From: Gekko japonicus
Lineage: Eukaryota
Direction of reading: 5' to 3'
NCBI RefSeq assembly: GCF_001447785.1
Contig: NW_015175435.1
Span: 214,432 to 278,431, forward strand
DNA: 64,000 nt
Positions within the stretch are counted from its first letter, which is position 1; each line of letters begins with the position of its first letter. Of this stretch, positions 37,099-50,135 are shown piece by piece. The translations under genes and the position numbers were made by a program. Below the pieces are notes generated by a model. It searched no databases, had not been told where the DNA came from, and was given only the letters and a program-made list of their open reading frames with translations.

Positions 37099-37635
37099 GT
37101 TGTTGTTCAGTCGCACAGTCAAGTCCGACTCTTTGCAACCTCATGGACCACATCATGCCATGCCCTCCTGTCTTCCATTGTGCTCCGGAGTTTGCTTAAT
37201 TTCATGTTCGTTGCATAACCATCTCATCCTTTGCTGTCTCCTTCTTCTTTGACCTTCAATCTTTCCCAGCATCAGGGTCTTCTCCAGTGGATGTTCCCTT
37301 CTCATTTGGTGGCCAAAGTATTTGAGCTTCATCTTCAAAATTTGGCCTTCCAGGGAACAGTCAGGGTCGATTTCTTTTAGGATTGACTGATTTGATCTCC
37401 TTGCAGTCCAAGGGACTCTCAAGAGTCTTCTCCATCACCATAATTCAAAAAAATCTATTCTTCGGCACTCATCCTTCCTTATGGTCCAACTTTTCAGCCA
37501 TACACTACTACCATTGCTTTGACCATATGGACTTTTGTTGGCCGGGTGATGTCTCTACTTTTTATTATGCTGGCTAGGTTTGCCATCGCTTTCCTCCCAA
37601 GGAGCAGGCATCTTTTAATTTCATGGCTGCAGTCT
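37099..37635 (-). mobile_element. BovB LINE 3' fragment
   Basis: RVPWTARRSNQSILKEI.PDCSLEG..LKMKLKYFGH..LEKTLMLGKIEG.RRR.QQRMRWL; 3' end gactgaacaacaac. Confidence 0.93.
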
Positions 37636-38015
37636 TAGTTTCTGCCAACTAAGATAGAAAAGCACCTCCTCATATGCCATGTACTGTGGGTTTCAAGGGT
37701 CTGGAAAGGAGTTCTGTAGCCAGTTACAGGGTTGCCAACTCTGGGTTGGGAAATATCTGTAGATTTGCGGGGTAGAGCCTGGGGAGGGCAGGGTTTGGAG
37801 GCAGGGAGGGACCTCAGCAGGGAATAATGCCAAAGAGTCCACTGCCCAAAGCAGCCATTTTCTCCAGGAGAACTGATCCTGGAGGTTGGCAATGCTTAGG
37901 GGAGGGCCAGGTTTGTTGAAGGACTTCAGTGAGGTATACTGCCATAGAGCTTACCCTCCGTCTGGAGATCAACTGTAATTCAAGGAGATGTCCAGGCCTT
38001 TCCTTTCTATTAAAC

Positions 38016-38312
38016 AGAAGAAGAAGAAGACGAAAGAGGAGAAGGAAGAGGAGGAGGAGATTGGATTTCACTAACCAAAGGAGTGTCAGAGTGGCTTACA
38101 ATCTCCTTTCCCTTCTCCCCCCCACAACAGACACCCTGTGAAGTAGGTGGGGCTGAGAGAGCTCTTCTGAGAATTGCTCCTGAGATAACAGCTCTGAAAG
38201 AACTTATAACTGACCCAAGGTCACACCATCAGCTGCATGTGGAGGAGTGGGGAATCAGACCCAGTTCTCCCAGATTAGTCCACACTCCTAACCACTACAC
38301 CAAACTGGCTCT
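38016..38312 (-). mobile_element. Squam3-like tRNA SINE with long (GAA/GAG)n tail
   Basis: Homologous to the 7861-8135 copy. Confidence 0.88.
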
Positions 38313-39259
38313 AACACTTCAACTGACTCTCTGTTAATGCCCCACGGCCTCTTGGGACTCCGAATTTGGGAGTTGTTGTTCTAATTTCCTTTGCTATGGT
38401 TGCAGTAAGGCCAGCTGAGAACTACAACTCCCAAGGTGCAATGTGTCATAAATGGGGGTGTAAGAATGGAGGATGCCAAGGCAGCTTCCCCAGTGGCCCT
38501 TGGGAGAGTAGGTGAGTCATCACCAGCATGACTTGCTTTTTATATATGACAGCTAAATCCTTGTATTGAGATACACAGACTAGAGCAGCAATCATGTGTA
38601 CATGTAACTGGGAATGGATTCCACTGAACTCAATAGAACTTACTTCTTTGAATAAATGTTGGTAACATAAGGCTTCAAGGCTGGAGTCCTATGCAAGCTT
38701 GCTCAACTTAATGGACAGTACTTCCAAAGATGTTTGGGATCGGACTACAAATATTTCACATCCTCCAATGCTACTGTTTATTTTTACAATATCGGTAATT
38801 TTGCTACTGCAGATGGAGGGGTTTTTTTGTTTTCTTTTTAATTAAATAGGTTAGAACCAGACTGAGGGCTTGGATCCAAAGATATCTTTCTACTAACAGA
38901 AGGGAACCTTATGTTATTGGCCATAAAGGTTTCCCTTGCTCGAAAGCCAGTCGAATCCAACTCTTACTTAAATGAAAGACCACCTTTGAATCCAATTCTA
39001 TATAATTAAAATATGCATATGTTTTATAACATTTTATTCTAAAATAAATGTCCCAACTCTATTTTTAAATCTTTGTTAGATATACTAGTAGTATCAAGCA
39101 GTATTTCTTGCTTTGTTTACTAGCACTTGATATGTAACCATAAAACTTGCACCAGCTTGATAGAGTCCCTGATTTTTCGTGGAATAAGCGAATTCTTTGA
39201 ACGAAAGTTAACTAACAATGCAGAACACCTGGAATAGTACTCCAAAGTCCTAAACTTTA

Positions 39260-39568
<309 letters not shown>

Positions 39569-39769
39569 TCATCAGTGTTCTGATGGTATTTTTCTTCTAA
39601 CATTTGTAATATGCTGTATCAGAAAGCATTCTTTTATTCCAGGATCTAAAACACCTGCGTATTATAAAATATGACTTCATTCTGTAATTCATTTTCAGTT
39701 GTCACACAATGTTGTGTTTATATTCATCCCTTTTTTCTTTCTTAAGCTATCATATAGCTAGACCTGTAA

Positions 39770-39990
39770 GGTTTGACAAAGGGAGCTTTGGCTGCAATCA
39801 CACACACTAAATAATCCACTTTCAGTCCACTTTCCAAATGGATTTTGACAGTTCACACAGTAAAATCCAGTTGGAAAGTGCACTGAAAGGGGATTGGAAG
39901 CTTGTGCGATCACAGCCTTTGACCCCCAAAAGCTTATACTCTGAAACTCTTGTTGGTCTCTAAGGCGCTACTGGATTCATATCTAACTGT
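39770..39990 (+). mobile_element. Penelope-like element terminal fragment
   Basis: tgacaaagggagctttgac..aaagcttatac..ttgttggtctctaaggcgctactgga; same family as 50060 and 58245. Confidence 0.65.
39790..39917. mobile_element. Palindromic MITE inserted into a Penelope fragment, TTT TSD
   Basis: ttt|ggctgcaatcacaca...tgtgcgatcacagcc|ttt. Removing the insert restores gggagctttgac..aaagcttatac. Confidence 0.82.
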
Positions 39991-40702
39991 AAGGTCCTTG
40001 ATGTTTTTTAGACATACTTTAAAAAGTTGGGCAACTTCAACACCAGAGCACTGATATGCATCTGGAATTCTGACCGTGAAAGCCTTCGACAACATACTTT
40101 GGAAAACAATGCTCTTAAGTATACCTTAAAAAAATTTATCTAACAGATGATATCAAACTCTGAAAGTCAAGTTGCTAATTTATTAAAGCAAAGAAATTAA
40201 AGCAATTTTTTTTAAAAAAAAAATCCATATGCTCCATGAGTTCCAAACTTCAATTAACTAACCTACAAAGAGATCTTGGGAAGAAAAAAAAAAATACGGG
40301 GGGGGGGGGGGGGATGTGAACTTAGTGTGCAGTGGCAGGGAAAAGGTAAGTTTCACATTAAGTATTGTTAGAAAATGGAATGAAGATCTTTTTTTTAAAA
40401 AAGCTATTTAGCTAGTAAGTGAAAGGTGGCTTCTACATTTAAAGTCAGATGATGGGTGTAAACAACAGGGACAGCCTTTAAGTTTCATGGCCTGCATATG
40501 GGCATCTGTCCACTCTTGGATGGATGATCCAGCAAGACGTTTCTTATATTCTTATGTGCTTTTATGTCATCATATATCAGCGATACAGAGTGTCCTGATA
40601 TAGACTGCAGGTCATAGCTGGAAAAAAATGTAATTAGGAATGCTATGAAGTGATAAATGATGTAATTTTCAAATGTGACATTAAAAAAAACTGCTACTGC
40701 TA

Positions 40703-40960
<258 letters not shown>

Positions 40961-43850
40961 TTAGCACCTGATTTTTTTGGTACCCTTCTTATCAGCTTTA
41001 AAAAAAATAGTCCCAGGAACAATAAGAACTCTCCAGCACTAGGAATGCCCCTACTAACATTTTTACTCCCCAGTGCTAGCAATGCCCCCTCCGAACATAC
41101 ATACACAAGTTCTATGCATATCTTCAAAATAAATAAACATAGCATGTTAACCAAATGTGTGGGTTTCTATGTTTACTTATTTAGTTGTAAAATGCACTGA
41201 GAGTTCAGTGCATGAAGAGGTGAACAAATAAAACAAGTGAAATAAAGCCTGCAAGCCTGGTTGCATAAATCACATTGTAGAATATGGGACTTTGTCTTTG
41301 GTCTGGTCACCCCATACAGCAGAATTAAATGGATTTTATCTCTTCAGACGTTAAGAAATATTATTCAAAAAAATTTCACCTAAACTACCTGGTCTGGGAG
41401 GAAAAGGGTTGCCCCCTTGAGCCTGGAAAATTCCTGGAGATTTGAGGGTGGTACCTAAGGGGGCAGAGGTTGGGGAAGGAAGTAATGCCATGGAATCCAA
41501 CATCCAAAGCTGCCAGGCAATTGATCTCTGCAGTGGAGATAAGTTGTAATTTCAGGAGAACTCCAGGCCTATTTATTGTGCTAATTTTCTACTGACAGGG
41601 AGCTTTCTGATGTCGGGTTGCATTGAAAATATCATTGCTCATTGGTAGTGTGAAGTGGTACACTACATTGTATCTCCTTGCTTCATTCCCACTTCATGCT
41701 GCTGCACAGGAAGACCGAGACTCATTTCATGCAGGGTTGCAGCCCCTCCCCCCGAAGTAAGCAAAACATAATTAAACAACAGCAAAAACATGTATCATTA
41801 TATCCATTGGAAAAGCAATTGCAACCCAGGCAACTGAAATTCTGTTTGCCAGTCCCCCAAGATGGAAGGAAGAGTGACCATCCATCAAGTAGGTCAAATA
41901 TAACAAGCAAAATGAGAATAGCAAAGGAGAAATTTTCTGTTGGTTAAAATCAGGCTAGATATGACAAGGGGGGAGGAGAGAAAAGCTGAACTAAAAATGT
42001 CAAAATATGACATGTTTTGGGCACTCACTAATTGCTTAGACTTGAAACTTTGACATAGCCTAGCAAGTTTCACAAGGAATGAATTTAATAATGAAGACTT
42101 TGGCCAGGCACTGAACAAACCTCCGATGACCACAGAACCCCAAGCAGGAAGATCTTAATCATTTATTTTGATTATTTATACTTTAAAAGGATAAGCAGTA
42201 ATTGAGAAATCATTAACATCTTGCTGTAATTGAGAATTTGGCAGGAAAATATTTAAAATTTAAGAATATGACAAGGGGGGAGAAGAGAAAAGCTGAACTA
42301 AAAATTTGGCAGGAAAATATTTAAAATTTAAGATTCTTCTGTCTCTTTTATAGCCAAAAACATATAAAATATTTTTGTTTGCTTGAGAAACATGTTCCCC
42401 AATCAAAAAAACAAAACAAAAACCCAGCCACTAAAATGAAAAAGCACAATTGTTTGCCTGCTGGCAAGCAACTAAATCCACAATCATGCACTTAAAATTA
42501 GATGTCTTGTTAAAGGATACCAAGCACCTTTAATTCACATTGAAGAAACAATAGTAATCAATGGAGCCCAGTCATTTTGTTTAAAAATAGACTGAGCTCC
42601 TTCATATTGAAGACTCAAAAATGTATACACCTTCTGATGACTCAGCTGAGGTAGGACACACAACTGTTTTCAGGGAACATATAAAGTGTTAATGCCACAA
42701 AAAATGGACACCAATGACTGTTGACAACAGTCAGGACACTAAGAAGAACTATTAAATCCCAGGTATCCTCAGCATACAAAAATACAACTTTGTGCACATT
42801 TTAAAAACTGTATTTTTAATGTATCTGTTAAACCTCTGAGGCCTCAAATACACTTGTTTGTTTGATAATGAAGATTTTAACCTGAAAAGCTTTCAGGGTT
42901 ATTTCTTCTTATTAAAATGTACCCAGGCCATTTCATCGTAACGTTTTTATTCAGTGGATTTAGTACTTGTTTAAAAAAAAAATACAGAAAAAGCAAAATA
43001 AAAGAAGTTGAAATCTTCTCCAAGGTGATTTACATTGCTATGGTAAACAGAGTTGATAGTGTATGTAACTAGGGATGGACATATTTTCCAGTTTTGGATA
43101 CAGATTCATGAGTATCAAAGCTGGGGTAAAGTGTATTGTCCGGTTCACACAGTATGTTAACTGTGAATATTGGAAGGTTCACGAGTAACACACTTTCCTA
43201 TTACATGAGGTTGGAATGCCAAAACTGTAACGAAAATGGCTGTTGGGTTTTATATATGTAAAAATTAATTATGGATTGTATCCTACTACCCCAATGAGCG
43301 ATGGATGGTGACTTCTGCCAAAAGAATGCTGACAGAGGATCCTCTTGGGCTGGCCTTGCACCATTAGCCCAGTGTGTTGAAGGATAAAACCCTATGTAAA
43401 ATCTATTGTTGTATAATTATAAAGTTAATGTTAACAAAGCAATAGTTTCTTTTCTTGATCAGTATGGGTGTGTTATTCCCAAACTCGGGTCAACAAGGGT
43501 ACCAAAAACTTCATGTGGGCAACCTAAATTAAAAACTTTGTGAAGGTTTAAAAGTGAAGGTATCCTGTCTTACATATGCATGCTGGGTAGCTCCAACTCA
43601 GTCCAGATTCCCAAGCATGTGTACACAAATGTTTAATGGCATGAATATTTTACTCCTTATTCCTAACTTTCCCCACAGGATTGTTTTTGAGGATAAAGGG
43701 AGGAGGGGAATGATATAAACTGTGTTGGGTCCCCATTGGGGGCAAAAGTAGGGCAAAAAATAGCTAAATAATAAACACACTTCAACATTTGATAAAGGAA
43801 AGACCAGTGTATGCATGGCAATCATGTACACAACACAAAATGAGAACTTA

Positions 43851-44129
<279 letters not shown>

Positions 44130-44813
44130 TTAGACACAACTTATACATCATCAAAACTTTACATGGCATAATACATTTTTTAAACAGAGGTATTTGTTCA
44201 GGTACACCATTATTTGTTCCCATGCTTACAGGGACCATAGTTTATGTGATTGTTTCTGCAGGTAAGTGCTCATTTTGAAGCATCTTGTTCAAGCCAGTCT
44301 CCTAATTTTCTTTAGTGGATAACAAAAGATAACATGCTAGAAAATAATAGTAGGGCTTTTGTATTCTGTGTCAAGCTAATCCCCCCCAAACCTAAAATTT
44401 CCTTTTACTTCCTTTAATACTGTTTCTGTTAATTCCTCTACATTTTAGGCAGCATTTCCATAAAGCACTGTAATTTAGTTAACATTCTTTGAATCGGAGT
44501 GCTTTATAGCCGAGAACAAGAGTCCGTAAGCAACAAGTCAAATCAAATGCTATTCAGCAAACCTGTATTATATTTAATCACAAAGGACTGAAACAGGAGA
44601 TTTTTGCACTGAATTCAAAATGCTGATTTCAACAGAACTTGCATAGAGTTATTACTTACAATGCCATCCTAATCAGAGTTACAGCCTTCTATGCCCACTG
44701 ATTTCAATCGACTTAGAAGGTTATAGCTCTGCCTAAGATGGTACTGCTAGTATTCACCCTGACAAGCTAGTTTTCTGTGTGCAAGGAGTTTTTAAAAAAG
44801 AAATATGGAGGAA

Positions 44814-46399
44814 CTAGGAATAAGGCCCATTGTGGAAATAAATACAATGAGCGCTAGAAAGAGGCTCTGGGAGAGTGCCAAAGCTGTGAGCACTCAGAAT
44901 CAATTTGCCATGGCAACCTCAGCAGGGTATAAGGGCACAGAGTCCACCATTTTCTCCAGGGGAACGGATCAATGCCATCTGGAGAGCAGTTGTGATTCTG
45001 AGTGATCTCCAGACCCCACCTGGAGATTGGCAACAGTGGTTCCCCATTACAGAATGGGTGGTTTGGAGGGCAGAGTCTATGGCATTGTACCTGTCTGAGG
45101 CCCCACTCCTCCTCAAACTTCACCCTCTAGAGGCTCCATCTCTCAAATATCCAGGATTTTCCCAGCTGGAGTTGGCAACCCTATCTACTTCCCAGCCAAG
45201 CATCAACCTACCTTCATTTCCCCCTCATTGATCAGCTTTCCATCTCCCCCTCACCAGCAGCCCTCACCATGCTCTGAAGCCCTGACTGCCACATAACTTT
45301 GGCTGTCATGGGGGGGGGGGCAACTCAGCAAGGTATATGGACACAGAGTCCACCATTTTCTCCAGGGGAACTGATCGATGCCATCTGGAGACCAGTTGGA
45401 ATTCTGAGTGATCTCCAACCCTCAGCTGGATTTTGGCAACAGTGGTTCCCCATGAGGGAATGGCTGGTTTGGAGGGCACAGTCTATGGCACTGTACCTGT
45501 CTGAAGTCCCATCCCTCCTCAAACCTCACCCTTTCCAGGTTCCATCCCTCAAATCTCCAGGAATTTTCCACCTGCAGTTGGCAACCCTATCTCCTTCCCA
45601 GCCAAGCACCAATCTACCATCATTTCCCCTCACTGTTCAGCTTTCCATCCCCCCCTGCAGCCTCTACCTGGAGTTGGCAACCCTATCTCCTTCCCAGCCA
45701 AGCATCAATGTACCTTTATTTCCCCCTCACTGTTCAGCTTTCCATCTCTCCCCCACACCTGCAGCCTCTNNNNNNNNNNNNNNNNNNNNNNNNNNNNNNN
45801 NNNNNNNNNNNNNNNNNNNNNNNNNNNNNNNNNNNNNNNNNNNNNNNNNNNNNNNNNNNNNNNNNNNNNNNNGAATTTCCAAGACTGGAGCTGGCAACCC
45901 TAGTCAGTACTGGGCCCAATTAGTTTTTCACAGAGCCATAGAAAGGGTTTTGTTCCTTTGTCTATTTACTGGCAGAACCAAGCTCGGTTGCCTACCAACA
46001 ACCACTGAGGGAGAAGTTAGAATGCTTTGGTCGGTGGCCTCTATGGCATTCTATTCAGCTGAGGCCTCCCCTCTCCAGTCCCCAAACTTTGGCTTCCTTA
46101 AACTGGCTTCCTTACCTGGAGCTGGCAACCCTATGAGTCCTCACAACAGCCACTGAGGGAAACCTTTGTCCCACACTCAAGAGCTAAGCAAGAAAACTGT
46201 GTTCCTTGGGAGACACAGAGCTTCTGACAGAGAACAATGCCTGACAGGGGAATGGGCGGGGAAGAGGAGCACACCCGGCCAGTGGCATGCCAGTAGTCTT
46301 GACTAGCAGCCGACGGGCCAATGGCTGAGGGAGCGCATGCAATCTCGCCACCCCATAGGCCAGAAGCCACTACCATTCGGCAAATATATATAAGAGAGA
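44814..46399 (-). mobile_element. Non-autonomous Helitron, full length (contains an N gap)
   Basis: Minus strand: A|TCTCTCTTATATATA 5' end at 46399; hairpin gcccattgt/acaatgagc (44825-44852) then CTAG|T at 44814; no TSD. Confidence 0.85.
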
Positions 46400-46403
46400 T
46401 ATG

Positions 46404-46717
46404 CAAACATGTGATTCCCCCTAAGTGCAGGATATAAAGAGCCCTGCTGAATCATACCAACATCCTCTTTCCCACACCCACTGGATGCCCCAGAAACTCC
46501 AGAGGCCAGACTCCCCTTGCTGCTGCCCCCCCACATCTGACATTTAGAGACATAGCATCTCAAACATGTGATTTCCCCTAAGTGCAGGATATAAAGAGCC
46601 CTGCTGAATCAGACCAACATCCTCTTTCCCACACCCACTGGATGCCCCAGAAACTCCAGAGGCCAGACTCCCCTTGCTGCTGCCCCCCCACATCTGACAT
46701 TTAGAGACATAGCATCT
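46404..46717. repeat. 157-bp tandem duplication (2 copies, 2 mismatches)
   Basis: 46404-46560 and 46561-46717 both start caaacatgtgatt and end catagcatct. Confidence 0.95.
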
Positions 46718-46870
46718 CCATATATGAAGCTGCTGCCTTATGTGATTCTCCTGATTATGTGGCTGACTGATCTCCTAAAGGGGTGCACATTTTATTATTT
46801 CATTTGAACAGGAGAGTTATGATAGATTGTGAGGGGCAAAGAATACAAAGAGAGCAGTGGACACATGTAT

Positions 46871-47215
46871 AAAGGTAAAGGTTCCCTTGCTCGAAAGCCA
46901 GTCGAATCCGACTCTAGGGTTGCGGTGCTCATCTCGGTTTCAAAGCCGAAGAGCCAGCGCTGTCCGAAAACGTTTCCGTGGTCATGTGGCTGGCATGACT
47001 AAACACCAAGGTGCACGGAACACTGTTACCTTCCCACTGAAGTGGTACCTATTTATCTACTTGCAATTTCTTGCTTTCGAACTGCTAGGTTGGCAGGAGC
47101 TGGAACTAGAGACGGGAGCTCACTCCGTCATGTGGCACCCGGGTCTCAAACTGCTGAACTACCGACCTTCCACAGCCTACAGTTCAGCGTCTTAACCACT
47201 TGAGCCACCGCAGCT
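46871..47215 (-). mobile_element. Sauria SINE, full length
   Basis: Highly similar to the 30282 copy and includes the tRNA head; flanked by repeated acatgtata (possible TSD). Confidence 0.92.
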
Positions 47216-47489
47216 CCATGGACATGTATACATAGCCTTAAATGACAACCCAGCAGATTTTCTGAACACAAGTTTACAAGAAATTGGAATTTGCTAGTTA
47301 TGTGATGGAGAACTAGTGTTCTCAATGCTCAGTGGGCTCTCTGGGTACATTATCATGGACTATTCTATATCACTTCCTAGTACAAAAATGGGAATACATT
47401 TTCCAAAAACATATTCTGTACATTTATTAGATCAGATGTCAATATAAGTCTAATGATGTACTGGAGTACCCATTAATATTTCAATACCT

Positions 47490-48265
47490 CAAGTCATTTT
47501 GCTGCCCCAAGTGGGTAGAATGGGAGGACAGCCTCATGGTAACAGATATGGTTCTCTCCACCTCTGACTTATTTTTTGAGGGGGGGGGGGTGTTATACAG
47601 TGGCAGCTAAGGTAGAAAAGCACCTCCTCCTATGCCATGTTTTCTGGGTTCCAAGGGTATGGAAAGTGGTTCTATAGCCAATTACACGGTTGCCAACTCT
47701 GGGTTGGGAAATACCTGTAGATTTGAGGGGTAGAGCCTGGGGAGGGCAGGGTTTGGGTGTGGAGGGACTTCAGCAGGGTATAATGCCATAGAGTCCACTG
47801 CCCAAAGCAGCTATTGTCTCTAGGAGAACTGGACATCAGTTTTCATAGCTGGAGATCTCCAGGTGCCGCCTAGAGGTTGGCTTATGTTAATTTGGGGCTA
47901 TGCAGTGACAGCTAAAATAGAAAAGCACCTCTTCCTATGCCATGTTTTCTGGGTTCCAAGGGTATGGAAAGTGGTTCTATAGCCAATTACACGGTTGCCA
48001 ACTCTGGGTTGAGAAATACCTCTAGATACTAGGGGTACAGCCTGGGAAGGGCAGGGTTTGGGGTATGGAGGGACTTCAGCAGGGTATAATGCCATAGAGT
48101 CCACTGCCCAAAGTAGCCATTGTCTCCAGGAGGACTGATCTTGGTCATCTGGAGATCAGTTGTAATAGCTGGGAAATTTTCTGTAGAGGAAATGAAGTGC
48201 TGTAGCTGAGGAACATGGTGATTTCTGGGAGATCTCCAGGCCCCATAGGGAGACTGGCAACTCCA
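47490..48265. repeat. Composite repeat with ~305-bp tandem unit, homologous to 36995-37100 + 37640-37890
   Basis: cattttgctgccccaagtgggta and gaaaagcacctc...ggttgccaactctgggttg modules; unit starts at ~47598 and ~47903. Confidence 0.8.
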
Positions 48266-49104
48266 GTGACCATTTAAGGGAAGATTGGGATATGTATTTT
48301 ACCTCAGGACATGTTCAGTGACTCCCAACAGCAACAGCAAACTGTTTAGAATGTTAGAGGGAAGGCCAATCAGGCCGCATATGCAAATGACCTCTGTGTT
48401 CCAAATGGCTATGGGGGGAGAGGAACAGCAAACTGTTTAGAATGTTGGAGGCAGGACTCAGGCAATGCAGCCAGTGGATAGGGAGACCCTCTGAATTACA
48501 TATCAGGGAGCCTACTGATTTGGGAGAGTGTGGAATGTTCAGCAACGTGCCATCACCAAAAGACAATTATTATATATACAGATGTTTATTCTTTGAGCTT
48601 CTGGTTAGCAATTATACAGGAGGCAGTGAAATTTGTTTTTGGCAATTCCCCTTTTCACAGCTTCACACTNNNNNNNNNNNNNNNNNNNNNNNNNNNNNNN
48701 NNNNNNNNNNNNNNNNNNNCACTCTTTCTACCCAAGATGGTACTGGGAGGACCCTAGAAATATTAGGAGTCCAATTATGAACTCCATAAAGAATGTCCTA
48801 GCGCTCCAAAAGCTGACAGCAAGCAAATTATTTCTGTTTGAATCTGTCCTAGAGTCTCAGTTCAGACATTATGTAAAATCACAGTTTAATTGAACTAACT
48901 ATGGTGAGTGTGACTGTCTGAATGCAGGCCACTCTGCTTACTTTCATCCATCGAACTAGGATCTGACTTAGTTTGTTAACTACGTTAGTCTTAAATACAG
49001 TTTTGCCTACGTTAGTCTTAAATACTTTCTCTAACAATCCTGGATTAATCCCTGGCTTGTTCTTAGGTGATGGTCACCAGGCAACAGAGATTTGCTTTTT
49101 TTTG

Positions 49105-49410
49105 CTAAGCTGCAGACTGGAAGGTCTGTAGTTCAGCAGTTTGAGACCCTAGTGAGCTCCTGCCTCTGGCCCCAGCTCCTGCCAACCTAGCAGTTTGAAA
49201 GCAAGAAATTGCAAGTGGATAAATAGGTACCACTGCGGTGGGAAGGTAACAGCGTTCCATGTACCTTGGCATTTAGGCATGCCGGCTACATGACCACAGA
49301 AATGTCTTTGGACAGCGCTGGCTCTTTGGCTTGGAAACGGAGATAAACACCACCCCCTAGAGTTGGATTCGACTAGCTTTTGAGCAACGGAAACCTTTAC
49401 CTTTACTTTA
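49105..49410 (+). mobile_element. Sauria SINE (diverged)
   Basis: Core aataggtacc and (ACCTTT)n tail at ~49393-49410. Confidence 0.88.
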
Positions 49411-50054
49411 AAGTATCCATGGTTTTGCCTTTGTCTTGAAGTTGTTCTGCCAAAAGGCTATGTCTACTAATTTTTAATTGGTATTAATTAGGAATAGGGT
49501 ACTTCCCCAAAACCGACACACAAGGAATCAAGCTAACAGAGACAATAAAAGATAGAAGATAAGGAGACTTATTAGGGCAAACTGACAGTTGTGTAAATAA
49601 ATCATTAAAATCATATATAAATTCACCAGCTCAGACCTTAGTAAATCAATCTTCATGGGGATAGGCAAAAGACATTTCCACCTCCTCTGATTTGGGAAGT
49701 TCACCTGGCTTTCTTCAGCAAGTTAGTAAGATCTTTGTTCTATCTGGTTTTTCTCTGCAATTATTTAACTTGTAATATACTGGTATGCTTGTAATATGCC
49801 TACGATGAGATACCATGCACTTAGTATGAAAATAATTAGAACTGTAACGCATCAAGTTAGGTATGTCTGGTCTCTGTGTATATTGGATTGTGAAAGGTGG
49901 TACAAAGGCTAGGAAGGTCTAAGGCAAGGAACACCTTCTCACTGACCTTATCATCTAGACAAGAAACAATTACAAGTTTGTACTGCACAGGGAGATGTCC
50001 CATGTAGACTGTTGATTGATGTAAGTATTAAGTAAAGATACAGATTCTCTGTTT

Positions 50055-50135
50055 CTTCTCTGAAGAAGTGAGTAGTGACTTACAAAAGCTCATACCTTGC
50101 CACCAGTTTTGTTAATCTTTAAGGTGCTATTGCAC
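50055..50135 (+). mobile_element. Penelope-like terminal fragment with degenerate hammerhead core
   Basis: CTGAAGA-agtgag-tagtga-cttac-AAAA-gctcatacc...taaggtgcta. Confidence 0.6.

Larger units (their letters stand above)
36853..38549 (-). mobile_element. Probable non-autonomous Helitron (older copy) carrying BovB and SINE insertions
   Basis: 3' CTAG|T at 36853 with the same aggcccattgt subterminal sequence as the 44814 copy; candidate 5' TCATATATAAAAAG at 38549, preceded by G rather than A. Confidence 0.55.
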
